Source: the human T2T-CHM13v2.0 reference genome, Homo sapiens. From it: a stretch of DNA of 64,000 nt. The stretch is from assembly GCF_009914755.1 (NCBI RefSeq), contig NC_060940.1; one strand, written 5' to 3'. A program made the translations under genes and the position numbers. This document shows positions 50,622-64,000 of the stretch, one piece after another (the stretch's first letter is position 1; the number at the start of each line of letters is the position of its first letter). The notes beneath the pieces are model-generated. The model was given only the letters and a program-made list of their open reading frames with translations, was not told where the DNA came from and did no database searches.

Positions 50622-50948
50622 GTATAGTGGCCACAGAAAGGCATCACCCAGATCTCCTGCTGAAGGAACAAAGTTGGCTCATGTTCACCCTGAGGCTGTG
50701 CTTCTACCAAGCTTACTCCACCCAGTGACTGAGCACAGCACAGTACAGTGTCAACCCCTTCTTGAGGATTTGGGACTCCTCTAAGGGTAACTTTACCTCC
50801 TTATCAACCTGGAAAAAAATGTTCTTAAACGTGTGCTGTGGTCTGAGGCTCTTTCTGCCCAATTCCCCTTCCTTTTCAACTCTCCTTTCACAGGTATTGA
50901 AGGCTCATCCTGGCTCTTCCTGCTTCTCCAAGACCTGAACTGTCACCC
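50622..50948 (+). mobile_element. LTR16A-like ERVL LTR
   Basis: cagatctcctgctg...ccagtgactgagcac...gggactcctct...tctgaggctcttt...gacctgaact. Confidence 0.7.
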
Positions 50949-51382
50949 AGAACCTGGATGTTTGACAAACTGGATAGGCTACTGCTGCCTACAGTCAGGT
51001 GTTTGCATGAGTTTGCATGCCTATCAATACAAGCAGGCTTTAATCTTTTTGTTTTTATTTGATGTGATTTGTTGGTAAAAGCAGATGGTAGGATTTGGAG
51101 TTTGGAGATGGAAAAGAGCAGGTGGATGGAGGGGTTGCCATGGTGACTGTCTGCTTGCCTAGCGTTAGAAGTCAGTTTTCAGCTTGCATGGAAGAATGGC
51201 TAATGGCCAGAAGTTGAAGGAGCTATGTACAAAAAAGACGATTTGAGAAATTGGGCATAAGCAGTCCCACATGACCAAAAGTGATGGTCAGGAAAAAGGA
51301 CAGTCACACTCACAGTTGACCACAAACCACAACACACCAGCAGAAATGGCTATGCCCAGTGGGAATCATTTTCATTGAGGAT

Positions 51383-51610
51383 TGTATCAGTCAGCTATTG
51401 CTGTGTAACAAATCACCTGAACACTCCAAAACTCAGTGGCTTAAAATAACAATCATTTATTATCATTCATATGTCTACAAGTCAGCTAGAGTTTGGCTGA
51501 TATCGGTTGGGCTCTACTGAGGCACATCTGCGTCACATATCTCTCATCTTCTTCCTTGGACTACCTGTCCAGCCAAGGCATGTTCGTCTCATGATGCAGT
51601 GAAAGATGAG
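51383..51610 (-). mobile_element. MLT1I/J-type LTR fragment
   Basis: tgtatcagtcagctattgctgtgtaacaaa...aaaactcagtggcttaaaa. Confidence 0.7.
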
Positions 51611-51869
51611 GGAAGAAGACCAAGTTGGTAACCTCTTAACTTCTGACACTACTTTCTATTAGAGACACTCTGATGTTTCCATGGCCCTTTTCCAATGGTC
51701 CAAGGAAGCCATGGAGATGGGCTTGGCGGCAAAGAGTATAAAGTGGACTCTGAGCCATAAAGTGGACTCTGAGCCAATTCGACTTAACACTGCCACAAAC
51801 TTTCTCATTCTGCCAGTGTGGTATGATGTGAACTACATGGAATTTTGAAATCACAGAGACCCAAATTCC

Positions 51870-52070
51870 AATTCTGTCTCTTACCCTCATTAACTAGAGA
51901 ACATGGGTGACCTATTTTAACCTCATAGAGTGGAGTTTCGATTTCCAGATCTATAAAATGGGGATTATGATACACACCTCTTGCGGTGGTTTTAACTTGG
52001 GTTGATTTGATCAGATAATGTATGTACAAATTTTTGCAAACAATAAAGACTATAAAATGATAGTTAGTTT
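51870..52070 (+). mobile_element. MIR
   Basis: atctataaaatggggattatga. Confidence 0.55.
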
Positions 52071-52479
52071 GGTATAATTATAAGGAAAATCACCCTCTTA
52101 TGAGAGTACATCTATCTAGCACATTGCTTTCTGGAAATGGCTAGTTCTATATTTACTCACTCCAAAAAAGGGAAATTGATTCTTGGGTCTTTGTTGCAAT
52201 GTTACGCCCCTACAAATGTAAGGGCCAAAACCTCCCTGCGTGACTTGATGGTGAAGCCATTTCAAATGGAAGAACACAAAGCATCCTATTTTGGGGACAG
52301 TTTTTGCCACTCAGAAAACCTGTCATTAATGACCTGTCTGTCACCTGTGTCTACGGTCCTCTTTGATAAATTGCACGGGTGTTGAAACCACAGGCGAGCA
52401 AATGTTCAATGCACAATGAGATACAAAGAGACCAAGCAAGAGGCCGGGTGGGTCCCGAGCAAAGGTCTTCACTCAAAAT

Positions 52480-52925
52480 GGTTAAGCAAAAAAGTGACTC
52501 ATTGACATAAAACAGAAAAGATCAGAGCTATGGCAGACAGAGGTGTGGCCAGATTATGGAACTTGAACAATGTCACTGGCTTTTCTCTGCCTTTTTCTTC
52601 TCCTTGTGTTGGCTACAGCTCAGAAAGATTTTCCCTCACATTTTCCCAGGTTCGAGTCCTGCATAAAAAGAGAGAAATTCTCTTCCGGGTAGCTCCTGGG
52701 CAAGTCCTGGGTTTCACTCTGATTTGACCAACTTGGGTCATATGCTCATCCTTCAACCAATCATTTGGCCAGGATAGGGCAATGCTGATTAGTGCAGTTC
52801 TAGGTCTCATGCCCGTCACTGGAGGAAGAGAGACGGGGCCTCAGCCAAACACCTGGCCTGGAAATGGGGGTAAGAGTTGAAGCCCAAACAAAAATCAGAG
52901 ACTCCTGCCATTCCACTATAGACAG
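52480..52925 (-). mobile_element. Old MLT1 (K/L-like) fragment
   Basis: ctctgatttgacc...ttgggtcatatgc...aaccaatca...atgctgatt...aggtctcatgccc. Confidence 0.55.
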
Positions 52926-53084
52926 GTGCAGGGGGTCTTTGGCACTATACCAAAATCATGTACATCCCCATAATAATCATTTGCACTTCAAAGCGACTTC
53001 CTCATCCACTAGTCCCTTTGTGCTTCACACTAACCATGGGCAGAAGGATTGTGGCTTTCCAGAGAGAGCTCCTGACTTCCGAAT

Positions 53085-53872
53085 GTTGACACTTGTTCTT
53101 ATTCTGTCTGCTTTCCCACTCCATTCTCCGCCCTTCCATGTGACACCAGAAGCCAACCCTATGGACCACATCACAGGACTCCCTTATTAAATTAGTGTCC
53201 TGTGCCTGCTGTAACAAATGACCACAAACTTAGTGGCTTAAAACAACACTGATTTATTCCTAAAGTTCTGGAGGCCAAATATCCAAAATGAGTCTTATGA
53301 TTTAGCATGAACTTATGAGTCTAAAATTAACATATTAGCAGGTCTGGCCCCTTTTAGAGGTTCCTGGGGAGAATCTCCTGGGCAGAATACATTCCTTGCC
53401 TCTTCCAGCTTCTAGAGGCCACTGACAGTCCTTGGCCCTTGGCTACTTCCATTGTCACATCAGCACCTCTCATCCTTCCTCTCGTGATTTCTTCTTTCTC
53501 TTACAAGAGCCCTTGTGATTACACTGGGACCACCCAGATAATCTAGTTTAATCCCCTCATCTCAAGAACTGAATTCAATTACATTTGCAAAGCCCCTTTT
53601 ACCATGTAAGGTAACACAGTCACAGGTTATGGGTATTTGGTCATTATTCTCTCTTCCAAATTACCCTTCTGTTGTTAGTTGGGTTCAACCAACAGGAAGC
53701 ACATGCAGGTGACCACAGGGTAGAAGGAGAGAGATGGCCTCCTATGCTCCCTCCCTGCCAAGACAGATTTGGGTGTGGCTACTTCCTCTATGAACACACC
53801 TCTTCTCTATCTGCCCTTTAACCCCAGCTTACATGAGGTTCCTTCCAGCACCCCATTCCTTCCTCTTGCCCA
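53085..53872 (+). mobile_element. LTR33-like ERVL LTR, interrupted by MLT1 and truncated at its right end
   Basis: ctatggaccacatc...gttgggttcaaccaa...ctccctccctgcca...ttccttcctcttgccc. Confidence 0.6.
53188..53655 (-). mobile_element. MLT1C/D-type LTR
   Basis: gctgtaacaaatgaccacaaacttagtggcttaaaacaac...tccagcttctagaggc...ccatgtaaggtaaca. Confidence 0.82.
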
Positions 53873-53912
53873 CCACCGTGCCCGGCCAAGAACACTTTAA
53901 AACACTGTTCCT

Positions 53913-54210
53913 GGCAAGGCACGGTGACTCACGCCTGTAATCCCAGCACTTTGGGAGGCCGAGGCGGGTGGATCGCATGAGGTCAGGAGCTGAAGACCAG
54001 CCTGGCCAAGATGGTGAAACTCCATCTCTACTAAAAATACAAAAATTAGCCGGGTGTGGTGGCAGCCACCTACAATCCCAGCTACTCAGGAGGAGGGTGA
54101 GGCAGAGAATTGCTTGAACCCGGGAGGCGGACGTTGCAGTGAGCCGAGATCGAGCCACTGCAGTCGAGCCTGGGCTACAGAGAGAGACTCCATCTCAAAA
54201 ACAAAAAAAA
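53913..54210 (+). mobile_element. AluS, no matching TSD
   Basis: Full dimer. Confidence 0.9.
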
Positions 54211-54377
54211 GGAAGGAGGCAATGAGAGAAACATGAAAACAGAAGCAGGGTTACAGAGATGCTTTGTTGCTGACTTTGAAGGTAAAAAGAGGCCATGAGC
54301 CAAGGAAATGTGGGCAGCCTTCAAAAGCTGGGAAAAGCAAGGAAGCGTATTCTCCCCTACAGCGTCCAGCCCTGCCA
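54211..54377 (+). mobile_element. MLT1D/E internal fragment
   Basis: tgctgactttgaag...gccatgagccaagga...aagctgggaaaagcaaggaa...ttctccccta. Confidence 0.75.
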
Positions 54378-54596
54378 CGATGACCCACTTCCCATGCAAA
54401 GAATGGGACATGTCCGTTTGAGGTAGCCCTTGGATTTTCCTTTCGTCATATTCCTAGGCAAGGTACTAGTTTCAGACTCCCAAGCCAAGTGCCACAGTGC
54501 CTGTTCCATGCCATGTAATGTTTCTGCTTCCCAGGCCTACCACTTGCCAGATGCCTCCAGGCTTCTATCTTCATGACTGTCACTGCCCCACCTTCC

Positions 54597-54902
54597 TTTT
54601 TTTTTTTTTTTTTTTTTTTTGAGACACAGTCTCGCTCTGTCACCCAGGCTGGAGTGCAGTGGCACCATCTTAGCTCACTGCAAGCTCCGCCTCCGGGTTC
54701 ACGCCATTCTCCTGCCTCAGCCTTACTAGTAGCTGGGACTACAGGCAACTGCCACCACGCCCAGCTAATTGTTTTTGTATTTTTAGTAGAGATGGGGTTT
54801 CACTGTGTTCGCCAGGATGGTCTCGATCTCCTGACCTCGTGTTCTGCTCGCCTCGGCCTCCCAAAGTGCTGGTATTACAGACGTGAGCCACGGTGCCCGG
54901 CC
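54597..54902 (-). mobile_element. AluY
   Basis: Y-type positions, long T run. Confidence 0.92.
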
Positions 54903-55095
54903 CCTCTTCCATTTTTTAGAACACCTGTGATTACATTGGGTACACCTGGATAATCCAGGTTACTCTCCCATCTTAAGGTTAGTAACTAGCAACCTTAATT
55001 CCATCTGCAACCTTAATTTCTCCTTGCCATGTAGGATAACATATTTGCAGGTTTGGGGGATTCGGACAGGTATCTATCTTTAGGAGGCAATACTC
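54903..55095 (-). mobile_element. MLT1D/E 5' fragment
   Basis: gtgattacattggg...ggataatccagg...gcaaccttaattccatctgcaaccttaatt...ttgccatgta. Confidence 0.75.
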
Positions 55096-55449
55096 CAGGG
55101 TTAAAGACTTGTGATTTTCTTTGCACAGCACCCAAACAACCCCAAATTGGTAAGAACAACCCCAAATTTCCTTTGGAAGGACATCTCTTTCTAATTCTCA
55201 ATCCAGGGCCTTGGAAAAGGGTAACCTCCCTACCCCACCCACCCCGCTGCCCATCTCTATGTGAGTGAGCGCATGGCGCAAGTCTAATCATTTCTGTTTC
55301 TGCCCCAAGTCCCAGGGATTGAGTGAAGCAGTTCAGTCAAATGAGAATCAGCCCAAGACCTTCTCAGGAACTAATGGACAAGAATTTCTTTCTTTCTGCC
55401 AAGCTTACTATTGGATATTAGATGAGTGTTCTAAATCCTTCACTCTCTC

Positions 55450-56012
55450 CTGCATGTGACCTTGCAGTGCATGCGGGTAGCTGGGGTTTGTTTCCCCACC
55501 CCAAGTGACTTATTTTGGCCATTGGGATGTAGTCAGAAATGACAGTGCATGATTCCTAGTCAAACTATTGAGAGGCATCCCATGTTTCCACTGGCATTCT
55601 TGAGTTCCCACCATGTGCCATGAGCAGAAGAGTCCATGGACAGATGCAGATGCCATGGAAATATAGAGACATATGGAGCAGACCTGATTCCAAACTGCAG
55701 CCCTAGAGCCAAGCCCAGCCAATCCCCTATCAGGAGCAGAGCTGTCTCAGCCAAGCAGCAGAACTGTGAAATAGAAAAATAAATGCTCAGCCAGGTGCGC
55801 TGGCTCACACCTGTAATCCCAGCTCTTTGGAAGGTTAAGATGGGAGGATCAGTTGAGCCCGGGAGTTTGAGACCAGCCTAGGCAACACTGTGAGACCTCA
55901 TCTCTAAAAAAGAAAGAAAAAAGAAAATAAAATAAAAATCAGCGCTTCTTGTTGTAAGCCATTGAGTTTTGAGGTGTTTTGTTATGCAGCATTATTATGG
56001 TAATAGCTGATT
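55450..56012 (+). mobile_element. MLT1F/G/H-type LTR interrupted by an Alu monomer
   Basis: gtgaccttgcagt...ttttggcca...gcagaactgtga...gttgtaagccattgagttttg...tgttatgcagcatt. Confidence 0.7.
55789..55938 (+). mobile_element. FLAM-type Alu monomer
   Basis: Single left-arm-like monomer plus A-rich tail. Confidence 0.8.
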
Positions 56013-56544
56013 AAGATTCTCGTCAAGCTGGTAAGATATAAACCTAGAGTTTCTGGTGGTCATCAGACCAAAATAAGAGAAGAGCCTACATGAAAAGGAA
56101 GCCAACAGAAAGAAACAAAGAGTGCTTACATTTAGATTTAAATGACATAATTTCAATAACCAAAGTAGCCCACTCCTAGATTCTACTGAGTTGATTAATT
56201 CAAAATGTTTTCAACACATTCTTTTTTGTAAAATGTATAGTAAGTCAGAAAGTGATCAGTGCTACAGAGGGACAAATAATACTGAAAAGAAGAATATGCA
56301 ATTTGATGGGAGGTGTTAAAATTTTAGATTGGGTGGCCAGGGAAGGTTTCATTGAGAAGGTAACATTTTAGAAAAGACTTGAGTGGGTCATGTGGGTGTC
56401 TGCGGGAGCCTTCCAGGCAATGGGAATGGAAAATGCAAAGACCCTGAGACCTAGCCTGGCATGTCTAAACGGCAGTGATCCGGATACGGTGGCTGAAGCA
56501 GGAAGGAGAAGGAAGGCAGAGGACCAGGACATGAGGTTAGAGAG

Positions 56545-57455
56545 TAGGCTGGGTGCACTAATGTCTCCCCAAAATTCATGTCTGCTAGATCCTCAGAATA
56601 TGACCTTATTTGGAAATAAGGTCATTGCAGATGTAATTAGTCAAGATGGGGTCATATTGCTGTGAACCCTGAATATCTGAGATAGCTCTCAGTTAATTCA
56701 GAAAGCTTATTTTGCCAAGGTTGAGGACGCACACCTGTGACACAGCCTCAGGAAGTTTTGATAACATGTGCCCAAGGTAGTCAGCACAGTTTGGTTTTAT
56801 ACAATTTAGGGAGACAAGAGACATCAATCAACATATGTAAGATGAACATTGGTTCAGTCTGGAAAAGCAGGACAACTCAAAGCAGGGAGGGGGCTTCCAG
56901 TTCATAGGTACATAAGAGACAAACGGCTGCATTTCTTTGAGTTTCTGATTAGCCTCTCCAAAGCAGGCCATCAGATATGCATTTATCTCAGTGAGCAAAC
57001 GGGTGACTTTGAATAGAATGGGAGGCAGGTTTTCCCTGAGCAGTTCCCAGCTTGACTTTTCCCTTTAGCTTAGTGATTTGGGGGCCCCAAGAGTTTTTTC
57101 CTTTCATACTGGAGTAGGGTGGGTGCTAAGTCCAAAGACTGGTGCCCCTATAAGAAGTCTGTGTAGAGACACACACATGGAGGAGAAGGCCATGTGAGAA
57201 TGCAGGCAGAGATCGGAGTGATGATGCCACAACCCAAGGAATGCCAAGGATGTCTGGCCACCATCGGAGGCATGAGATCATTCAAGGATGGCTGGCCACC
57301 ATCGGAGGCATGGGATCGTTTCTCAGACTTCCAACGGGGAGCATGACATCTTGCTTTCAGACACCTAGCTTCCACAACTGGAAAAGAATAGAATTCTGTT
57401 GTTTTAAGCCATGAGTTGGTGGTCATTTGCGACATTGGTCCTGAGAAACTAACAC
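56545..57455 (+). mobile_element. MLT1B/C LTR interrupted by MER4A1
   Basis: ccccaaaattcatg...tgaccttatttggaaata...gaaggccatgtga...ttctgttgttttaagcca. Confidence 0.82.
56661..57108 (-). mobile_element. MER4A1 (ERV1) solo LTR
   Basis: tgtgaaccctgaatatctgaga...gacacagcctcagga...cccagcttgacttttccctttagcttagtgatttgggggccccaaga. Confidence 0.88.
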
Positions 57456-58012
57456 AGAGAGGCAACGGGTGGGGGGAACATGTACTGGAGGATCTGGGGG
57501 CATAAGAGTCAGATCATCTGATTTGTATTTTAACATGATTGCCCTGAATGCTGTATAGAGATTACCTGTAGCGGGCACAGGCACTGAAGAAGCCACTACA
57601 AAAATCTAGGTGAGAGATGATGGAGACCGCTACCATTGAATTAGACTCCAGATAGATCCTGAAAGCAGAACCAACAAGACTTGCTGCCAACTGGACGTAC
57701 AATATGAGAGAAAAAGAGGCAACAAGCCTGAAGCCAGCGATTTGGGCCTGAGTTACATTAACATGGAGCTGCCATTAATTGAGATGGGAAAACTGTGATG
57801 GAGCGGGTTCTGGTGTGCACAGGCGCGATTGGAAGCTCCGTTTGGGACATGCTACGTTTGACAGAGCTATTAGATATCTAAGTGGAGACGCTGCAAAGGC
57901 AGTTGGATATTCTAGAGTAGAATTCAAAAAAGAGGTCCCAGCTGGAGATATAAATTTGGAAGCTGTCAGCACATGGATGGGATTAAAACATGAAGTTAGA
58001 TGAGATCATCTA

Positions 58013-58352
<340 letters not shown>

Positions 58353-58511
58353 AGGAAGAAAAAGAAGAGGGCCACAAAATGGGATCTGGGGGACTTGAAC
58401 CTTTAGAGAGCTCCAGAACGACAGAGATCAAGAAGACTCAGAAATGGGAGGACCAGGAGAGGAGGGTGTCCTGGAAGCCAAGAGAAGAAAGCTTGTCAAG
58501 AAGAAAGTGAT

Positions 58512-58829
<318 letters not shown>

Positions 58830-59134
58830 CTACTGACAGCACATGCCAGATAGAGACTGAGAAAGGACCATTGGATTTAGTCACAAGGAGGTCACTGTAA
58901 ACCTGGAGAAGTGAAGTTTCAGTGGAGTAGAGGTATAAAAACCTGGTGAGGGGCGGTTCAAGAATAAGTGGGGCGAGAGAAATTCGAGGCAGCAAGGATG
59001 GACAGGTCTTCCCGGAATTCCCTGAACCCATAACGTTTTAATTTTTTCTTAAGTTACTGTGAATTGACTTTCTGTTGCTCATAACAAGAACAAAAGTCTG
59101 GGCTAATAGAGGAGGGAGGCAGGAGGCAAAGGAA

Positions 59135-59330
59135 GGTATTGAGTACCTACTGTGTTCCAGGAACTTCATATACATTATCTCATTTAATTTTAACTTAACT
59201 ATAATAAACTTGTACCGCAGGTATTATTTATCCCCATATTACAAATAAGAAAACTGAGGCTCAGGGAAATTAACTACTTGTGTATTCAAACTTGCATTCA
59301 CACCCAGATTGGACTCCAGATCCTACAGCA
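59135..59330 (-). mobile_element. MIR
   Basis: tattgagtacctactgtg...tctcatttaat...gaaaactgaggctcag. Confidence 0.8.
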
Positions 59331-59403
59331 CAGCTATTAGGGGACAACAAATATTGAAGAGAGCAGAAGGCCACTGAGGCCCTGTTTTTGCAACGATATA
59401 TAC

Positions 59404-59562
59404 AAGTGGTTCTCAACCTTCAGAACTACCCAGAGGGCTTGTCAAACCACAGGTTGCTGGGACCCCTGATTCAGCACTGAGTAGGAGAGGGGAGAGAATC
59501 TGCATCTCTAACAGGTTTCCAGGTAAGGCTGCAGGTCCGAGGGCCATACTTTAAGAACCACA
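59404..59562. mobile_element. MER5A/B
   Basis: agtggttctcaac...agggcttgtcaaa...tctgcatctctaaca...tttaagaacca. Confidence 0.7.
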
Positions 59563-59756
59563 GATCATCTATGACATCGCTCTCCCTTGCTCAGGCCCAG
59601 GGTCCCTGAAGACCCCACTGAGAACTAAAATCTCTCAGTTCAGTTTATTTCCAAGCTACTAGAGGGAACCCGGCAGCATCATATCAGAATCTCTTGGTCT
59701 CTTCTTTTGAATCCCTCCTGAGAACTGACTCTGGGCAGTCAGATAGCAGACACTTA

Positions 59757-60520
<764 letters not shown>

Positions 60521-60996
60521 GGAGACAACAGGCACTTAGTTTAAAATGTCTTGTGTGACTCCCATATTTATCATCATATCGCATAGAATTATTTATCATC
60601 ATGATTACAAATATGAGATGTGGTTGGCAGAAACAGTTTCTCTGGGAAATCTGATCAGCATGGAGTTTAGGGAGATTGTGCTTCCCAGTTCCCACAGACT
60701 GGGCTGCTACAGACAAGACTTCCCAAAATGCACCCCCACATCTTCTGGTTTGCAGCCTCTGTAGCCTGGCATGGAGAACAACCAATCAGTGCTTCACCCA
60801 AAACTTACAAAGGAACCCTCCGGCTGAACAGCCTACATTCCTTTGCACTTTCTGCCTATACCAAATGTCTCGTCCCTGGAATTGTATTACTGTTCCTCTT
60901 TGATCCTGCCTGTCCTCGCCCAGCCATGGAGGAGCGCTGGGCCTCTTTGAGGTGTTTGCATCAATAGGAGAGAATGCAGAGCTCAAGAGTGCATTG

Positions 60997-61490
<494 letters not shown>

Positions 61491-61519
61491 AATGAAAGAT
61501 GGTAATTGACAGAGTTGTT

Positions 61520-62170
61520 TATTCGTTCATGTAACAAATATTCATTGAGGTCCTACTATGATCCAGGCACTGTCCCAGGATCTGGGGATGCAGCAGTGAA
61601 GAAAGCAGACACAAATTCCTACCCTCCTAGAGCATGACGTCTGGTGGGAACAGTCAGACAATTAGCAAAAAATCATTTTGTTTTTGTTTTTTTGAGACAG
61701 AGTCTTGCTCTGTTGCCCAGGCCTCAGCCTCGTAAGCAGTTGCAAGTACAAGCACTGCCATGCCCGGCTAATTTTTGTATTTTTGGTAGAGACAGGGTTT
61801 CTGCAGGTTGGCCACACTGGTCTCAAACTCCTGACCTCAAATGATCCACCCGCCTTGGCCTCCCCAAGTGCTGAGATAACAGGCCCGGCCAATGAACACA
61901 TTATTTTAAAAGGAGCTAAGTTCTTTGGAGGGGTCTGGAGCCTACCATGGCAGGGAGCTTGCAATTTTAAACAGGTTGGTCAGAGAAGGCCTTGTGGAGA
62001 AGATGTTCTTTCAGTAAAGACTTGAAGGAGAGAAGGAGGTGAGCCGTGAAAACCCCTAGGTCAAGAGCAGTTGGGGACAGAAAGTGCAAAGGCCCTAATG
62101 GTGGGGCCTTCTGCATGGCTTTGAAGATCAGCAGAGACCACAGGGCCAGAGCAGAGCGAGTGAAAGAAAG
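61520..62170 (-). mobile_element. L2 3' end interrupted by a deleted Alu
   Basis: aacaaatattcattgag...ccaggcactgt...ctggggatgcagcagtgaa...gtgcaaaggccct. Confidence 0.78.
61677..61890 (-). mobile_element. Alu with two internal deletions
   Basis: ttgcccagg|cctcagcc and acagg|cccggcc junctions. Confidence 0.85.
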
Positions 62171-62537
62171 ATAATTAGCTGTGGGGTCACAGCATAATTA
62201 TACGGGCTTTATTCATGGAAGTTATAAGCCAAAAGTAAGTCACAGTTGCCCTAAGTCAATTCACCTGGTGGCAGCCAGGGGAATGTGACCAAAAAGTCAC
62301 TTTCTTAATATTTGCAACATTTTCCACTCAGCTCTTTGCAAGCTTATTTGTGTGATGACATCTTTCCCTAGTTGCCAACCGTAATACAAAGAAACCTTCA
62401 CAAATACCAATAAAACCCAGACTCCCTGAGGGTGGAAATGAATCTCAATGAATGTCAAGGGAAAGGGCAGCTGGATCTCTAAACTCTGGTTCCCAGAGGT
62501 GTCTTCCTTTTGAGATCTGTGACAGCCACCAGCACGC

Positions 62538-62556
62538 TAGCCGCGAGGGGGCGTTG
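62538..62556 (+). promoter_or_regulatory. Candidate CTCF binding site
   Basis: tagCCGCGAGGGGGCGttg matches the CTCF core; lies in unique sequence with retained CpGs. Confidence 0.55.
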
Positions 62557-62894
62557 CTTCCCACCTAACACCCAGCCTTGACGGGCAGGGACCTCTCTTT
62601 AATGCCCTAGCACGGTTGGGTCAGGGTGAAGCATGAAATCAAGGCTGCAGATACTAGGAGAGAGCAGAAGGGAACGAAGCCCAGGGACCTTTAGGAGATG
62701 TGGTCAACTGGGGCTCCAGGCCAGCCCCAGAATCAGCTTTCAGCTGGCCTGTGTGAACTGGGCACCTTGTAACACTTATTTGTTCATGTAACACATCTCT
62801 GCTGGGTGAATATCATGTGTCAGGCACCGTGCTTTGCAATAGGCATGTATCTGGAATAAAATTGGCATACATCTTATACTTCAAAAAGAAATCA

Positions 62895-63192
62895 GGCCGG
62901 GCACAGCAGCTCACATCTGTAGTCCCAGCACTTTGGGAGACCAAGGTGGGCAGATCACCTGAGGTCAGGAGTTCGAGACCAGCCTGGTCAAAATGGTGAA
63001 ACCCCGTCTCTACTAAAAATACAAAAATTAGCTGGGTGTGGTGGTGCGCACCTGTAATCCCAGCTACTTGGGAGGCTGAGACAGGAGAATCACATGAACC
63101 CAACAGGAGGAGGTTGCAGTAAGCTGAGATCGATCGCACCAGTACCCTCCAGCCTGGGCAACAGAGCAAGACTCCATCTCAAAAAAGAAAAA
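62895..63192 (+). mobile_element. AluS
   Basis: Full dimer. Confidence 0.92.
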
Positions 63193-63381
63193 GAATTCTG
63201 CCCCACAGAATCCATCATTTAAAAATCCTTGTTTGACAGCACGAAAATTTGGGGAATGTGGTAGGCAGCACTAGGTAAGTAGAACACGCGGCTGTGTCGA
63301 GAATGCATTGGCTAAGGGCAGGAGCAGTTTCCTAAACATTTCAATTCCTGGAAGTCGAGATCCAAAAGAACAAGACCAAGA

Positions 63382-63386
<5 letters not shown>

Positions 63387-63415
<29 letters not shown>
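63387..63415. repeat. Solitary poly(A) run (A29)
   Basis: Seen directly; no recognisable SINE/LINE body upstream. Confidence 0.9.
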
Positions 63416-63417
<2 letters not shown>

Positions 63418-64000
63418 AGGGTGCTCTTTCTTTCCTATCTCCGATAAAACTTCCAGCATGCTTTTCCCATCTAAGGACCCAACTCACACCCAGATACCTG
63501 GGCTGGGGGAGAACGTCTTCCTTCTTCAGGCAGGAGCGGGCTGGGTGGGAACTCATGTCTATGAACCCTCTAGGATGAATAGAACCCAGCAGTCATGCGA
63601 ATGGCCATGCACGGCACACAGGGGAGGCATCTCCTTCCTTCCACTCTGGAGCACTTGTGGCCTGTCTGTCCAAGGACGTGTCCACCTTAATTTCATATTT
63701 GTAACAAGTATTTGTCAAAATGCATTCATTTTTCCATGATATGTAGCATTTAGTTTCTTCAGAGTGTTTTTGCTTCCTTTTAAATGTCATTTATTATTTT
63801 GCTGACTTTTAGCCCTTGGGAGACTTTTTTTTTAGCCATTTCATTCACATACATCTACCTTAATTGGCTAAAAATCCTTGAAATGCTGAGATATAGCTAA
63901 GGAAAAATACATCCAGAAGAGAGAGCTGCCACTGACCTTCGAAGAACAGCCCCCAGGGTTCAGTGTTTCATCTTTGTGATGCAAAATGCAAAATTCATTC

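Noticed and set aside
54989-55019. gcaaccttaatt direct repeat
   Set aside because: As I recall, an intrinsic feature of the MLT1 subfamily consensus

Overview
Primate genomic DNA, human/catarrhine-like because AluY-type elements are present. The window appears entirely non-coding: I recognise no protein-coding exon, processed pseudogene of a known gene, tRNA or rRNA. The listed ORFs are Alu-derived, dead L1 ORF2 remnants, or have no recognisable homology. Most of the window is interspersed repeat. Positions 1-~28 kb are AT-rich and dominated by + strand L1 sequence, including a fragmented near full-length old L1M split by a 3.6-kb L1PA insertion. Positions ~29-64 kb look more GC-rich, with MIR, L2, MaLR/ERVL LTRs, hAT MERs, many Alus and unique islands carrying candidate regulatory motifs (CTCF, NRF2-ARE, AP-1). 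I found no convincing new biological system. The most interesting signals are rearrangement or repair scars: a candidate endonuclease-independent Alu patch in MER20, a split and inverted MLT1 beside a fold-back Alu head, a three-arm Alu, and a perfect 17-bp-arm hairpin. Family and subfamily names come from my recall of consensus sequences, and boundaries of old elements are approximate.
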